Of a DNA stretch of 64,000 bases, positions 1-8,420 are shown piece by piece. Location: positions 64,001 through 128,000 of the forward strand of contig JAXHMY010000008.1 in the NCBI GenBank assembly GCA_034520965.1. Direction: 5' to 3'. The notes under the pieces were generated by a model. That model made no database searches. It was not told where the DNA came from and saw nothing but the letters and a program-made list of their open reading frames with translations. Both the position numbers and the translations under genes were made by a program. The stretch comes from Spirochaetia bacterium (lineage in GTDB: Bacteria; Spirochaetota; Spirochaetia; DSM-16054; Sediminispirochaetaceae). Within the stretch, counting starts at the first letter, position 1; each line of letters opens with the position of its first letter.

Positions 1-2
1 TG

Positions 3-332
3 GCTATCTTCAGTGGCACTGAACGCAAGGGAGTTTGGTACCCAGCTCGAAATATTAAAATTTTTGCTACCTTCGGCGGAATCGACTTAGATTTTACCCA
101 GGCTATGCTCCCGCCGGGAGATACCTATATTGATGCAATGTGTGTCTTTGGCGGAGTGGATATTATTGTACCGGAAGGGGTGAATGTAGAGGTCAGCGGA
201 GTACCTATATTCGGAGGAATCGATAATAAATATGGCGATCGCCGCCTGCCGGGTGCTCCAACCCTGCATGTAAACGGCTTCGCGCTATTTGGCGGGATAG
301 ATGTAAAACCTGCTAAAAAACGACGCCGATAA
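3..332 (+). CDS. 5'-truncated LiaF/DUF1707-like cell-envelope stress protein (C-terminal beta-rich domain)
   Basis: Frame is open from the window edge (AIFSGTERKGVW...FGGIDLDFTQAM) into the 105..332 ORF; repeated FGG[IV]D[IV] motifs typical of this domain. Confidence 0.7.
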   Translation, partial: AIFSGTERKGVWYPARNIKIFATFGGIDLDFTQAMLPPGDTYIDAMCVFGGVDIIVPEGVNVEVSGVPIFGGIDNKYGDRRLPGAPTLHVNGFALFGGIDVKPAKKRRR

Positions 333-428
333 ACAATCTTACCGGCATATATGCCTGTAATAGCTGTTTCAGTGTTTTCTTGGCCGACGAATGGCTAAGT
401 AAGTGGTTATATGGTAAATTTAATACGG

Positions 429-1373
429 TTAGCTGTCGAGCTCTGGAAAGGGAGATCTCCATTGCCAGCCTGTTTGCCCTGTACTTCGATAGTGTTCGAG
501 GCGTCGAATGGTCAGCTCGGCAAATATTGGGTCAATATCACTGGTATAGCAGCTGCGCTGCAGTCGCTCGGCAGCAATTAAGCTGGTGCCGCTGTGACAA
601 AAAAGATCGCCCACTACCTGTGCTTCCGGTGCAGAATTAAGTAATCGTTCAATAGCACGAAGTGGTTTTTGGGCGAACGCTCCCGGAACATTTTCCTCCA
701 TCCGGTAAAAAACCTGTTGAATATCGAGCCATACATTGCCGGGTCGAATCGTGTCGGATAAGCTGCGCTGCATATTTTCAGTTCGGATACCCTGCACCGT
801 TTTATAATACCCTTTTAATACTTTGGGGATGTCGGTATAGCATACTTGAAACTGGGGATCCGCTTTTACATAGTAAAGCAGCTCCTGGCGCACTGCCATC
901 CAGTTTTTCTGCGTACCGTAACCGCGCTGGTTTCTCAGTGTGATAAAACTGCGCGATTTAAGTGAGGTGAATTCCCGCATCATTAACATAAAATCCGGCA
1001 GAGGCTGGAACCCGTTTTTCTGATCCGCACCCAGCCATATATAAAAGTGGGCGTTTGGGGCAAGTACCTCAATCGCATTCATAACCCAGGCTTTTGAAAA
1101 GTCTATATACCCATCAAGGGATTGTGCTGAGAGGGCTGAGGTCTGCTTTCCGCCAACAGAAAAGTTATAGGGCGGATCATTGACCATCAGGTCCACGTTG
1201 CGGCCATCAAACAAGCGGTTGAGGTCCTCTTTTTTGGCTGCATCAAGCACTCCTACTCGGTGGCGCCCTTCAGGATCCTCCCACACCTCGCCTTTTTCTA
1301 AACGGCAATACTGTAATAGTCTCTCTCGTAGTTCCGGGTTACTGTCAAGTCGAGGGAGGGTCTCTGAAGTCAT
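429..1373 (-). CDS. Site-specific DNA methyltransferase (N6A/N4C, beta-class motif order), no restriction partner seen
   Basis: Catalytic NDPPY precedes QKPL..IERLL and the SAM-binding motif I variant DLFCHSGT. Confidence 0.85.
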   Translation of the reverse strand: MTSETLPRLDSNPELRERLLQYCRLEKGEVWEDPEGRHRVGVLDAAKKEDLNRLFDGRNVDLMVNDPPYNFSVGGKQTSALSAQSLDGYIDFSKAWVMNAIEVLAPNAHFYIWLGADQKNGFQPLPDFMLMMREFTSLKSRSFITLRNQRGYGTQKNWMAVRQELLYYVKADPQFQVCYTDIPKVLKGYYKTVQGIRTENMQRSLSDTIRPGNVWLDIQQVFYRMEENVPGAFAQKPLRAIERLLNSAPEAQVVGDLFCHSGTSLIAAERLQRSCYTSDIDPIFAELTIRRLEHYRSTGQTGWQWRSPFPELDS

Positions 1374-1407
1374 GATCCCACTTTACCTGAAATCCCTGGG
1401 CTGTGCA

Positions 1408-2673
1408 TCACAGGGAGACTGAGGCTTCTGGGAAGCGCAGGGTAGCAAAATAATCATCTATCGTCTCAGCCCTCCGAATCATCCGAAAGCTTCCATCATC
1501 ATGGAGCAGCACCTCCGCTGAGCGCAGTTTCCCATTGTAGTTAAATCCCATTGCATACCCGTGGGCTCCGGCCTCATGCAGTGCTACTAAATCACCCTCT
1601 TCCAACTTCGGCAGGGAGCGGTCGACGGCAAACTTGTCATTGTTCTCGCAGAGCGATCCGGTCACGTCGTAGACATGGTCATGAGGTTGATCCTCTTTGC
1701 CGGGAACCGAAATATGATGGTAGGCCCCGTAGACCGCCGGACGCATCAAATTAGCCATGGACGCATCCAAGCCTGCATAGTCCTTGTACTTCTTGCTTAG
1801 GTGGCGGACTCTGCTTATCAGATAGCCGTGAGGTCCGGTTATAACCCGGCCGCACTCCATGACAATCCGCATCGGATCCAGGCCGGCGGGTTTAAGAATC
1901 TCTTCATACAGTTTCTGCACTCCCCGAGACACGTATTCAAGGTCTACTGGTTCTTCTTCGGGTTTATAGGGAATACCGACACCCCCTCCGAGATTGATCA
2001 TTTCGATCCGTACTCCGACCTCTCTCTGCAGATCCGCCGCCAGTTGAAAAAGCATACGGGCGGTTTCAATAAAGTAGTCCGGATTCAGCTCGTTGGAAGC
2101 TACCATGGTGTGCAGGGCAAACTTTTTAACTCCCTTCTCTTTCATAATTCGATAGGCCTCAAAAATCTGCTCATGGGTAAGGCCGTATTTTGCCTCAGTC
2201 GGTTCCCCGATAATTGCATTACCGGTACGCCGGTCACCGGGATTGTAGCGGAAACAGATAGTGTTGGGAATTCCGGCATGCTGCTCCAGATAATCAATAT
2301 GGGTAATATCATCGAGGTTGATTATTGCACCCAGATCTTTCGCGCGCTGATACTCTTTTGCTGGGGTATCATTCGAGCTAAACATAATATCTTCTCCACA
2401 GATACCGACTTTATCGGTCATCTCCAGTTCCGGCAGGGAGCTGCAGTCGGAGCCGAAGCCCTCTTCTTTCAATAGCTGCATGATGGAGGGGTTAGGACAG
2501 GCCTTTACAGCAAAGTAGTTTTTAAAGCCTCCGGGAACCCAGTCGAAGGCCTTGTTCATGTAGCGGGCTGTTTCTCGTATAGCCTTCTCGTCGTATAGGT
2601 GAAAGGGAGTCGGAATTTCAGCCGCGATCTCCTCTAATTTTTCTCGGGAAAATGGAAGTGTCTTGTCACTCAT
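1408..2673 (-). CDS. lysA: Diaminopimelate decarboxylase
   Basis: FAVKA PLP lysine, NLGGG, ECGR, GSLCENND, GAHGYAMGFNYNGK; next to dapL/dapA. Confidence 0.95.
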   Translation of the reverse strand: MSDKTLPFSREKLEEIAAEIPTPFHLYDEKAIRETARYMNKAFDWVPGGFKNYFAVKACPNPSIMQLLKEEGFGSDCSSLPELEMTDKVGICGEDIMFSSNDTPAKEYQRAKDLGAIINLDDITHIDYLEQHAGIPNTICFRYNPGDRRTGNAIIGEPTEAKYGLTHEQIFEAYRIMKEKGVKKFALHTMVASNELNPDYFIETARMLFQLAADLQREVGVRIEMINLGGGVGIPYKPEEEPVDLEYVSRGVQKLYEEILKPAGLDPMRIVMECGRVITGPHGYLISRVRHLSKKYKDYAGLDASMANLMRPAVYGAYHHISVPGKEDQPHDHVYDVTGSLCENNDKFAVDRSLPKLEEGDLVALHEAGAHGYAMGFNYNGKLRSAEVLLHDDGSFRMIRRAETIDDYFATLRFPEASVSL

Positions 2674-2703
2674 GGATTATTCTCTCCTTCAAGGTCTATG
2701 TAG

Positions 2704-3933
2704 TTATAACGTAAGGTTGTCTGTAATAGTGGTAACCGCCGCTCCAATATCTTCGCGGTGACCGAAAGCGCTCAGCCGGAAGTACCCTTCGCCCCCCGGA
2801 CCGAATCCAACACCAGGTGTACCGATAACACCCGTCTCCTGCAGCAGCTTATCAAAAAACTCCCATGAGCCCAGGTTATTGGGGGCTTTCAGCCAGATGT
2901 ACGGGGCGTTATCTCCGCCGAAGGCGGTCATGCCGATGGACTGCATGCCCCGACGTATAATACGGGCATTTTCCATATAGTACTCGACCAGCTCGCGACT
3001 TTCTTTCAAGCCCTGCTCGGTAAACACCGACAAGGCTCCTTCCTGCACAATATTGGAGGCGCCGTTAAAGAAGGTGCTCTGACGACGGTTCCACATGCTG
3101 CGGACCTCATCCGGGCGACTGTCTTCGACGGTAAGAGCAGAAGGCACCACCGACCAACCGAGCCGCACTCCGGTGAAGCCGGCGAACTTGGAAAGGCTGT
3201 TAATCTCGATGGCACACTCTTCGGCCCCTTCGACTTCATAAATTGTCTTTGGAAGAGCATCATCCTCAATATATTCTGAGTATGAGGCATCGTAGATAAT
3301 CACCGCTTTCTGTTTCCGGGCATAGTCGACAAAGCTTTTTAGTTGAGCATGGGTGGCAACCGCGCCGGTCGGGTTGTTCGGGCTGCAGAGGTAGATTATA
3401 TCCGCTTTTTCGCTCGGTGGAGCGGGAATAAAGCCGTTCTCTTCGTTACAGGGCATGTACAGCAGGCCTTTGTAACGTCCCTCTTCAGGGATATGCTCGC
3501 CGGTTCGGCCGCTAATGACATTCGAGTCGACATATACAGGGTAGGCAGGATCCTGCACCGCCACTACATTATCAAGTGAAAAAATCGACTGAATATTCCC
3601 CGAGTCGGGTTTGGCGCCGTCACTGATAAAAAATTCCTTCGGGTCCAGATGTACCTTGCGCCTCTGATAGTATTCCGCCAGTTTTTCTCGAAGGCGGCTG
3701 TCTCCCTGCTCATCTCCATAGCCGCTGTAGGTCTCACGCTTTGCCAGTTTATCTACTCCCCGGTGCAGCCCTTCAAGAACCGTTGCGGTGAGAGGTTCGG
3801 TGGTGTTTCCTATTCCCAGCTTTCGGATCTTGGTTTTTGGATATTCCTGCACATATGCTTCGGTTCTGCGTGCAATCTCAGGAAAAAGATAGCCCGCTGC
3901 TAATTTTCGGTAGTTGCTGTTAATTCTCGCCAT
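2704..3933 (-). CDS. dapL: LL-diaminopimelate aminotransferase
   Basis: YLFPEI, LGIGNTT, SDGAK, CSPNNPTG, SLSKFAGFTGVRLGW, GEGYFRLSAFG. Confidence 0.95.
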   Translation of the reverse strand: MARINSNYRKLAAGYLFPEIARRTEAYVQEYPKTKIRKLGIGNTTEPLTATVLEGLHRGVDKLAKRETYSGYGDEQGDSRLREKLAEYYQRRKVHLDPKEFFISDGAKPDSGNIQSIFSLDNVVAVQDPAYPVYVDSNVISGRTGEHIPEEGRYKGLLYMPCNEENGFIPAPPSEKADIIYLCSPNNPTGAVATHAQLKSFVDYARKQKAVIIYDASYSEYIEDDALPKTIYEVEGAEECAIEINSLSKFAGFTGVRLGWSVVPSALTVEDSRPDEVRSMWNRRQSTFFNGASNIVQEGALSVFTEQGLKESRELVEYYMENARIIRRGMQSIGMTAFGGDNAPYIWLKAPNNLGSWEFFDKLLQETGVIGTPGVGFGPGGEGYFRLSAFGHREDIGAAVTTITDNLTL

Positions 3934-4152
3934 TCATTCTGCTCCTTTGTGAGTTATGGGCTGGGTACTAAGCGGTGTCAATGCCCTCATTAGTAAAACT
4001 ACACTAGCAAAACCTGCAAGCGGCATATTTCTGCGCATGCAGAGAACTTTTGCCTGCAGGTAAAGTGTAGCCCTGGTGTGTGCAGGGTGCCCGGATTTCT
4101 GATACCCGGATTTCTCATAAGAGCTAAGCTCTCGAAAGCCAAGCTCCAGTTA

Positions 4153-5052
4153 TTATTGCGCCTTGGGTGCTCCAATTCTATCCAGAATCCCTTCTAAAGT
4201 ATTGTAGTGGGACTCGTCGGAGAAACTGCACATAGGAAGACGGAAGCTTTCTTCACACCATCCACGCATAGCCATGGCAGTTTTGATGGGAATCGGGTTC
4301 GTCTCTAAAAAGAGCGCCTTAAAGAACTCCATCAAGCGGTCTTCTTCCTTCTGCGCCTGGTCAAAGTTACCATCCAATGCGGCATGCACAAAATCAACCA
4401 TTTGACGGGGGATAAGGTTAGAAGCCACAGATACTACTCCATCACCGCCGGCCCGTAATAGACTCAAAGTCATATTGTCGTCGCCCGAGAGTACACTAAA
4501 ACCGTTGGAACGATTTTGAATGACCTCTTTCATTTGGTCAAGACTGCCGGAGGCTTCCTTGACGCCCTGAATATTGTCACAGTCGTTCATAAGTTTTACC
4601 AGTGTAGGAGTTTCAACATTTATTCCTGTCCGGCCTTTAATATTATATACCAGCACGGGTAGATCAACTGCATCTGCAATAGCCTTAAAATGAAGATAGA
4701 GGCCTCGTTGGGTTGGCTTATTGTAATATGGGTTTACCTGCAGCAGCGCATCGACTCCTGCCTCCTGGGCGTGTTTTGAGAGTCTGATGGCTTCGCTGGT
4801 AGCGTTACTTCCGGTTCCCGCAATAACCGGTACTCGTCCATTTGCATACTTTACCGTTAATTCGATAACTTGGTCGTGTTCTTCATGTGAAAGGGTGGGG
4901 CTCTCACCGGTGGTTCCACAGGGAACTAGTCCGTCGATTCCATTTTGAATTTGGTCTTCGATAATGCGTTGTAGTCCTGCTTCATCCACATTTCCTGTTT
5001 TAGTAAATGGGGTTATTATGGCTGTATATACACCTCTAAATGGTCGGTTCAT
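4153..5052 (-). CDS. dapA: 4-hydroxy-tetrahydrodipicolinate synthase
   Basis: GTTGESPTL, PYYNKP, YNI.GRTG, GVKEASG, SGDD, ETNPIPIK. Confidence 0.97.
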   Translation of the reverse strand: MNRPFRGVYTAIITPFTKTGNVDEAGLQRIIEDQIQNGIDGLVPCGTTGESPTLSHEEHDQVIELTVKYANGRVPVIAGTGSNATSEAIRLSKHAQEAGVDALLQVNPYYNKPTQRGLYLHFKAIADAVDLPVLVYNIKGRTGINVETPTLVKLMNDCDNIQGVKEASGSLDQMKEVIQNRSNGFSVLSGDDNMTLSLLRAGGDGVVSVASNLIPRQMVDFVHAALDGNFDQAQKEEDRLMEFFKALFLETNPIPIKTAMAMRGWCEESFRLPMCSFSDESHYNTLEGILDRIGAPKAQ

Positions 5053-5082
5053 ACTCTTCTCCTTGTTTATTAAGTGATCTTA

Positions 5083-5127
5083 TGTACATTCTAACTCATA
5101 TGTGGTATAATGTCTATATGTTAACAT
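5083..5127. promoter_or_regulatory. Overlapping divergent sigma70-type promoters with adjacent palindrome
   Basis: + strand TGTACA(5083-88)-17-TATAAT(5106-11) with extended TG; - strand TAGACA(5116-11)-17-TAGAAT(5093-88); palindrome ATGTTAACAT at 5118-5127. Confidence 0.55.
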
Positions 5128-5179
5128 CAAGTTTTTATTGTAACATATTGTTTAATAAATGGAGTAGGCAGGTATATAG

Positions 5180-5845
5180 ATGGAATCGGTAAGCAGTATG
5201 GTTAAAAAGCTGCTGAAGCAAAAACCCTTCTTATTGGAGGCTTTCGAAAGAGGTATTCTTAGTTATGGGAGTTTAGCTGAAGAGTTTAAACCCCTTATTG
5301 AACAATCTCTGAATAAAGAAGTAAAGGAATCGGCCATTGTTATGGCCTTGCGGCGGTATGCGGATGATGTCCAGCGCAATACACCGGTAATACGTGAAAA
5401 CCGCCTGTCTTGTGAAATTGTGATGAAGACTAATATATGCGATTTTAATATGCGCAAAACCGAGAACTTACTGCCGAGGTTGAAAGAGTTGTACGGAATT
5501 GTAAATCTGGGTCGTGGAGACTTTCTAAATGTAACCATCGGGAATGATGAGATCAGTATTGCGGTGAGTGACAAATATGAGAAAGAAGTACGAGATTTTT
5601 TAGGAGAGCAGGAAAACCTCGATTTTAGAGACGGATTGGTTTCTCTTACCCTCATTTTTTCAGGCGACTTTTTGCATACCCCCGGGGTTGTGTTTCAGGC
5701 GCTCAGAAAATTAGCCTGGGAAAATATTAATGTGTACGAAATTATTTCGACTATGACTGAGCTCACTGTAGTGATAGAGCGCTATGATTCCACAAGGGGA
5801 TATGAGGCGCTGCAGGAGTTTATTGAACGTCCGATTAAGTGGTAG
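5180..5845 (+). CDS. ACT-domain protein with helical N-terminus (often annotated aspartate kinase-like; candidate regulator)
   Basis: C-terminal aspartokinase-type ACT motif TPGVV...LAWENINVYEIIST.TELTVVI; no kinase domain; N-terminal helical GILSYGSLA..SAIVMALRRY. Confidence 0.7.
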   Translation: MESVSSMVKKLLKQKPFLLEAFERGILSYGSLAEEFKPLIEQSLNKEVKESAIVMALRRYADDVQRNTPVIRENRLSCEIVMKTNICDFNMRKTENLLPRLKELYGIVNLGRGDFLNVTIGNDEISIAVSDKYEKEVRDFLGEQENLDFRDGLVSLTLIFSGDFLHTPGVVFQALRKLAWENINVYEIISTMTELTVVIERYDSTRGYEALQEFIERPIKW

Positions 5846-5846
5846 C

Positions 5847-6038
5847 TTAAGTCATAGTGGTATTCGCTTCGTCCTTGTTCAGGGGACGGGGCTCCACTTT
5901 AATTTCTATGGTGCCGTCGGCATCGGTGTCATGAAGTGCATCAACTATGCCGACAATAATATTTTCCATAATTTGGTGTACAAACTTATTAGTGGGCACC
6001 CTTTTCCCGTTCACTTTAATACTCACTTTGCGTTCCAT
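5847..6038 (-). CDS. Small protein resembling the C-terminal extension of some MobB proteins
   Basis: VNGKRVPTNKFV..I..IIVGIV.AL pattern; SD GGAGG; overlaps mobB end. Confidence 0.55.
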   Translation of the reverse strand: MERKVSIKVNGKRVPTNKFVHQIMENIIVGIVDALHDTDADGTIEIKVEPRPLNKDEANTTMT

Positions 6039-6544
6039 ATTTCCTCCAAAAATTTAACTATAAGTTCAGGCTCCTCAGCCGGTAAAATTTGGGTATTTCC
6101 ACTTAGGGCGGTAGGACCTATCCCAGTATGAGATCCGTCGTGTTCTGCGGTCGCAATATAGGCAGTAAGTGTTTCTTTTGGAAATTTTGTTTCCGGCAGT
6201 TGTTCTGCAGAGCTGATTAGTTCGAAGCAGGGTATTCCCGGCAGCATGATTCCCTCTATGAGCAGAATTTCACAGTTCTGAAAAGCAGATAGCAGTTGTT
6301 CAAAGGAGGGGGTGGATTTGAATCTGATAAACCCTCCATGATCAGATAAATAGGCAACCTGTTCTGCTCCGTTTTGGAAAAAGAGATCGGTATCCTTGCC
6401 TGCTGTTTCAAAACTGGGGGGTGAATGACCCCGTTTAATGGTTCCAACTTTTAGTCCTCGAGCGGTGTACAAGCTTGTAAGTTGTGTGATGAGATGGGTT
6501 TTACCGGTATTTGACCAACCAACGAAAGATGCTGCATACTGCAT
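6023..6544 (-). CDS. mobB: Molybdopterin-guanine dinucleotide biosynthesis protein B
   Basis: FVGWSNTGKT P-loop, VGTIK.GH, GKDT, ILLIEG; start reassigned to ATG 6544. Confidence 0.8.
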   Translation of the reverse strand: MQYAASFVGWSNTGKTHLITQLTSLYTARGLKVGTIKRGHSPPSFETAGKDTDLFFQNGAEQVAYLSDHGGFIRFKSTPSFEQLLSAFQNCEILLIEGIMLPGIPCFELISSAEQLPETKFPKETLTAYIATAEHDGSHTGIGPTALSGNTQILPAEEPELIVKFLEEIWNAK

Positions 6545-6587
6545 ACTATACAGAACAGTGTAGGTTTTAAGGAGAAATATTGCAATT

Positions 6588-7097
6588 GTGCGACGCATAA
6601 TTATAATCACCGGACCGGTGAACAGCGGAAAAACAAGTTATCTGCACAGGTTAACCACCAATTATAAGCGGGAAGGGTATATCGTTGGAGGAATAACGGC
6701 CGAGGCTTTATATGAAAAGGGTCGGAAAATCGGCTACGACGTATGTGATCTTATTTCAAAACAGTGCTGTCCATTAGTAAGGAGCTCGGAAACAGCTGAT
6801 CATATGAAGGCAGCCGCAGGCGTCCAGCATGTCGGTCGCTTTGTGCTGCTTGAATCGGGCTTGGACTTTACCCGTCGCTGCATACAAGCTGCGGCCGGCG
6901 TTGATATAGTCTGTCTTGATGAAGTTGGTCCTTTAGAAATGGACGGCAGAGGCCATAGGCAGGTGTTGGATACGCTGCTTGCGGATTTTAAGGGTACTCT
7001 TCTGGTGGTTGCCCGGGACATAGTGTCGGATGCACTGATGATTATGGCAGAGAAGCAGGGGTGGATAGCTGAAAAACAATTCCCGAGTTCGTCCTAG
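6588..7097 (+). CDS. P-loop nucleoside triphosphatase (THEP1/DUF2478-like)
   Basis: ITGPVNSGKT, VGRF, LDEVGPLE.DG.G. Confidence 0.8.
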   Translation: MRRIIIITGPVNSGKTSYLHRLTTNYKREGYIVGGITAEALYEKGRKIGYDVCDLISKQCCPLVRSSETADHMKAAAGVQHVGRFVLLESGLDFTRRCIQAAAGVDIVCLDEVGPLEMDGRGHRQVLDTLLADFKGTLLVVARDIVSDALMIMAEKQGWIAEKQFPSSS

Positions 7098-7148
7098 CGT
7101 GCGGCGGTTAACCGCCGCCACGCTACCAAAATGCCAACGGCATTTTGG
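7095..7148. terminator. Double hairpin between convergent genes (probable bidirectional terminator)
   Basis: Palindrome GCGGCGGTTAACCGCCGC (7101-7118) extended by TAGCGT/ACGCTA; CCAAAATGCC-AAC-GGCATTTTGG (7126-7148); no long U-tract. Confidence 0.55.
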
Positions 7149-7373
7149 CTAACGGCGCTTTATGCGTACTCTAAACTGAGTTTCTGCGATATCACATGCG
7201 ATTTTAACAGAGTCTTCGGGATTACGGGTTGAGACAAGTTCAACCATACCTTCATTCGGTCGAATTGTGATGCTTTTGATGGAATCGACCGTTTGTAATG
7301 CTTTTTTGAAGGTGTCGGCATTTGCAGCACTCAATTTGTCTATAAGATAATAGTAAGTTTTTTCCTTGGCCAT
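7149..7373 (-). CDS. Small hypothetical protein, possibly HMA/ferredoxin-like fold without CxxC
   Basis: 74 aa from ATG 7373; pattern ..IKKAL..V..I.SI.I; consensus promoter immediately upstream. Confidence 0.55.
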   Translation of the reverse strand: MAKEKTYYYLIDKLSAANADTFKKALQTVDSIKSITIRPNEGMVELVSTRNPEDSVKIACDIAETQFRVRIKRR

Positions 7374-7379
7374 AATTAG

Positions 7380-7408
7380 ACTATACACATCCTTTTTGAA
7401 GGTGTCAA
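7380..7408 (-). promoter_or_regulatory. sigma70 promoter, likely leaderless transcript
   Basis: TTGACA-17-TATAGT with extended TG, 6 nt before ATG 7373; no SD. Confidence 0.7.
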
Positions 7409-7593
7409 AGACTTTTAATTTGTCACAGCTTTGTAAGAGCTTTTCAAGCCCACATGACTATAATTTTCATCAAAGACCAAATAAAGTCGCTTACCTGTGA
7501 AAATACATCAAAATATTTGAAAAAACTTGAAAACTCGCCACAATAGCGTTACTCTTTCTTTGTAAACTATAAAACTTAGTTAGGAGTTGATCT

Positions 7594-8193
7594 ATGAAAA
7601 AGAGTATTTTACTGATTACCGTTGTACTCGCCGTAGCTTTGCTATTCTCCTGTGCTGGTGACAAAGAAAGTGCACCGCAACAGCCTGAGCAGGAAAAAAC
7701 AGATACGTCAAATTTACCGGATTTTGTTATGAACCCACCACTAGCTTCGGATGCAATCTACGGGGTTGGGTATGCAAAACAGTCCTCTCTGCCCCTCTCT
7801 ATAAAAGTAGCAGAGGCCAATGCACGAGCGGATATAGCGAACCAGATTGATGCACAAATTAAGAGTGCTGTAACCTCTTACGCCCAGGAATCAGGAGTTG
7901 GAGATGATACACAGTTAATTGAGTTTGCCGAAACCATTACACGTCAGGTAACTGATACTACCCTCAATGGTGCGATTACTCAGCAGCGTCATCCAATGGA
8001 AGACGGTGGTGTATGGATCCTGATGGTCTACAACAAAGAGAGTATGCTTAGTTCCTTTGAAGAAGCTGCCAAGAGTTTTGAGCGCAGCGAAGGGGCGGAA
8101 TTTGCAGAGTTCAAAGCCGATCAGGCTTTAGAGCGTTTGGAGTATGAAACCGAGAATAACCCGACCAAGTCGAACCCGGTAAAGGGAGAGTAA
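7594..8193 (+). CDS. LPP20-family lipoprotein
   Basis: Signal peptide with lipobox LFSC; PDFVMNPP..DAIYGVGYA, A.ANARADIA; SD AGGAG. Confidence 0.8.
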   Translation: MKKSILLITVVLAVALLFSCAGDKESAPQQPEQEKTDTSNLPDFVMNPPLASDAIYGVGYAKQSSLPLSIKVAEANARADIANQIDAQIKSAVTSYAQESGVGDDTQLIEFAETITRQVTDTTLNGAITQQRHPMEDGGVWILMVYNKESMLSSFEEAAKSFERSEGAEFAEFKADQALERLEYETENNPTKSNPVKGE

Positions 8194-8214
8194 CTCCGAA
8201 ATAAACTCTTTATT

Positions 8215-8253
8215 AAAGAAGGCCCCTTACAGCATGTAAGGCGGCCTTCTTTT
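8215..8253 (+). terminator. Intrinsic terminator
   Basis: AAGAAGGCC..CTTAC-agcat-GTAAG..GGCCTTCTTTT after the lipoprotein gene. Confidence 0.75.
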
Positions 8254-8420
8254 GTTATGTGCCACCAAACCAACCTACGAAAGGTCTTGAATTTGAAAAC
8301 AGGCGTTTCAAAACAGGTTTTTTTGAAATGCTTGGATTTTTGAAAACGCATGGTTAGAAATTGTTATGAATGTTTGCTATACTCTTATCCAGCACATATA
8401 CAAAATAAAGAGAGTATTAA

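Noticed and set aside
3934..5179. Lysine riboswitch near dapA/dapL
   Set aside because: No AGAGGUGC-type start motif recognised, and the region upstream of dapA is too short and AT-rich.
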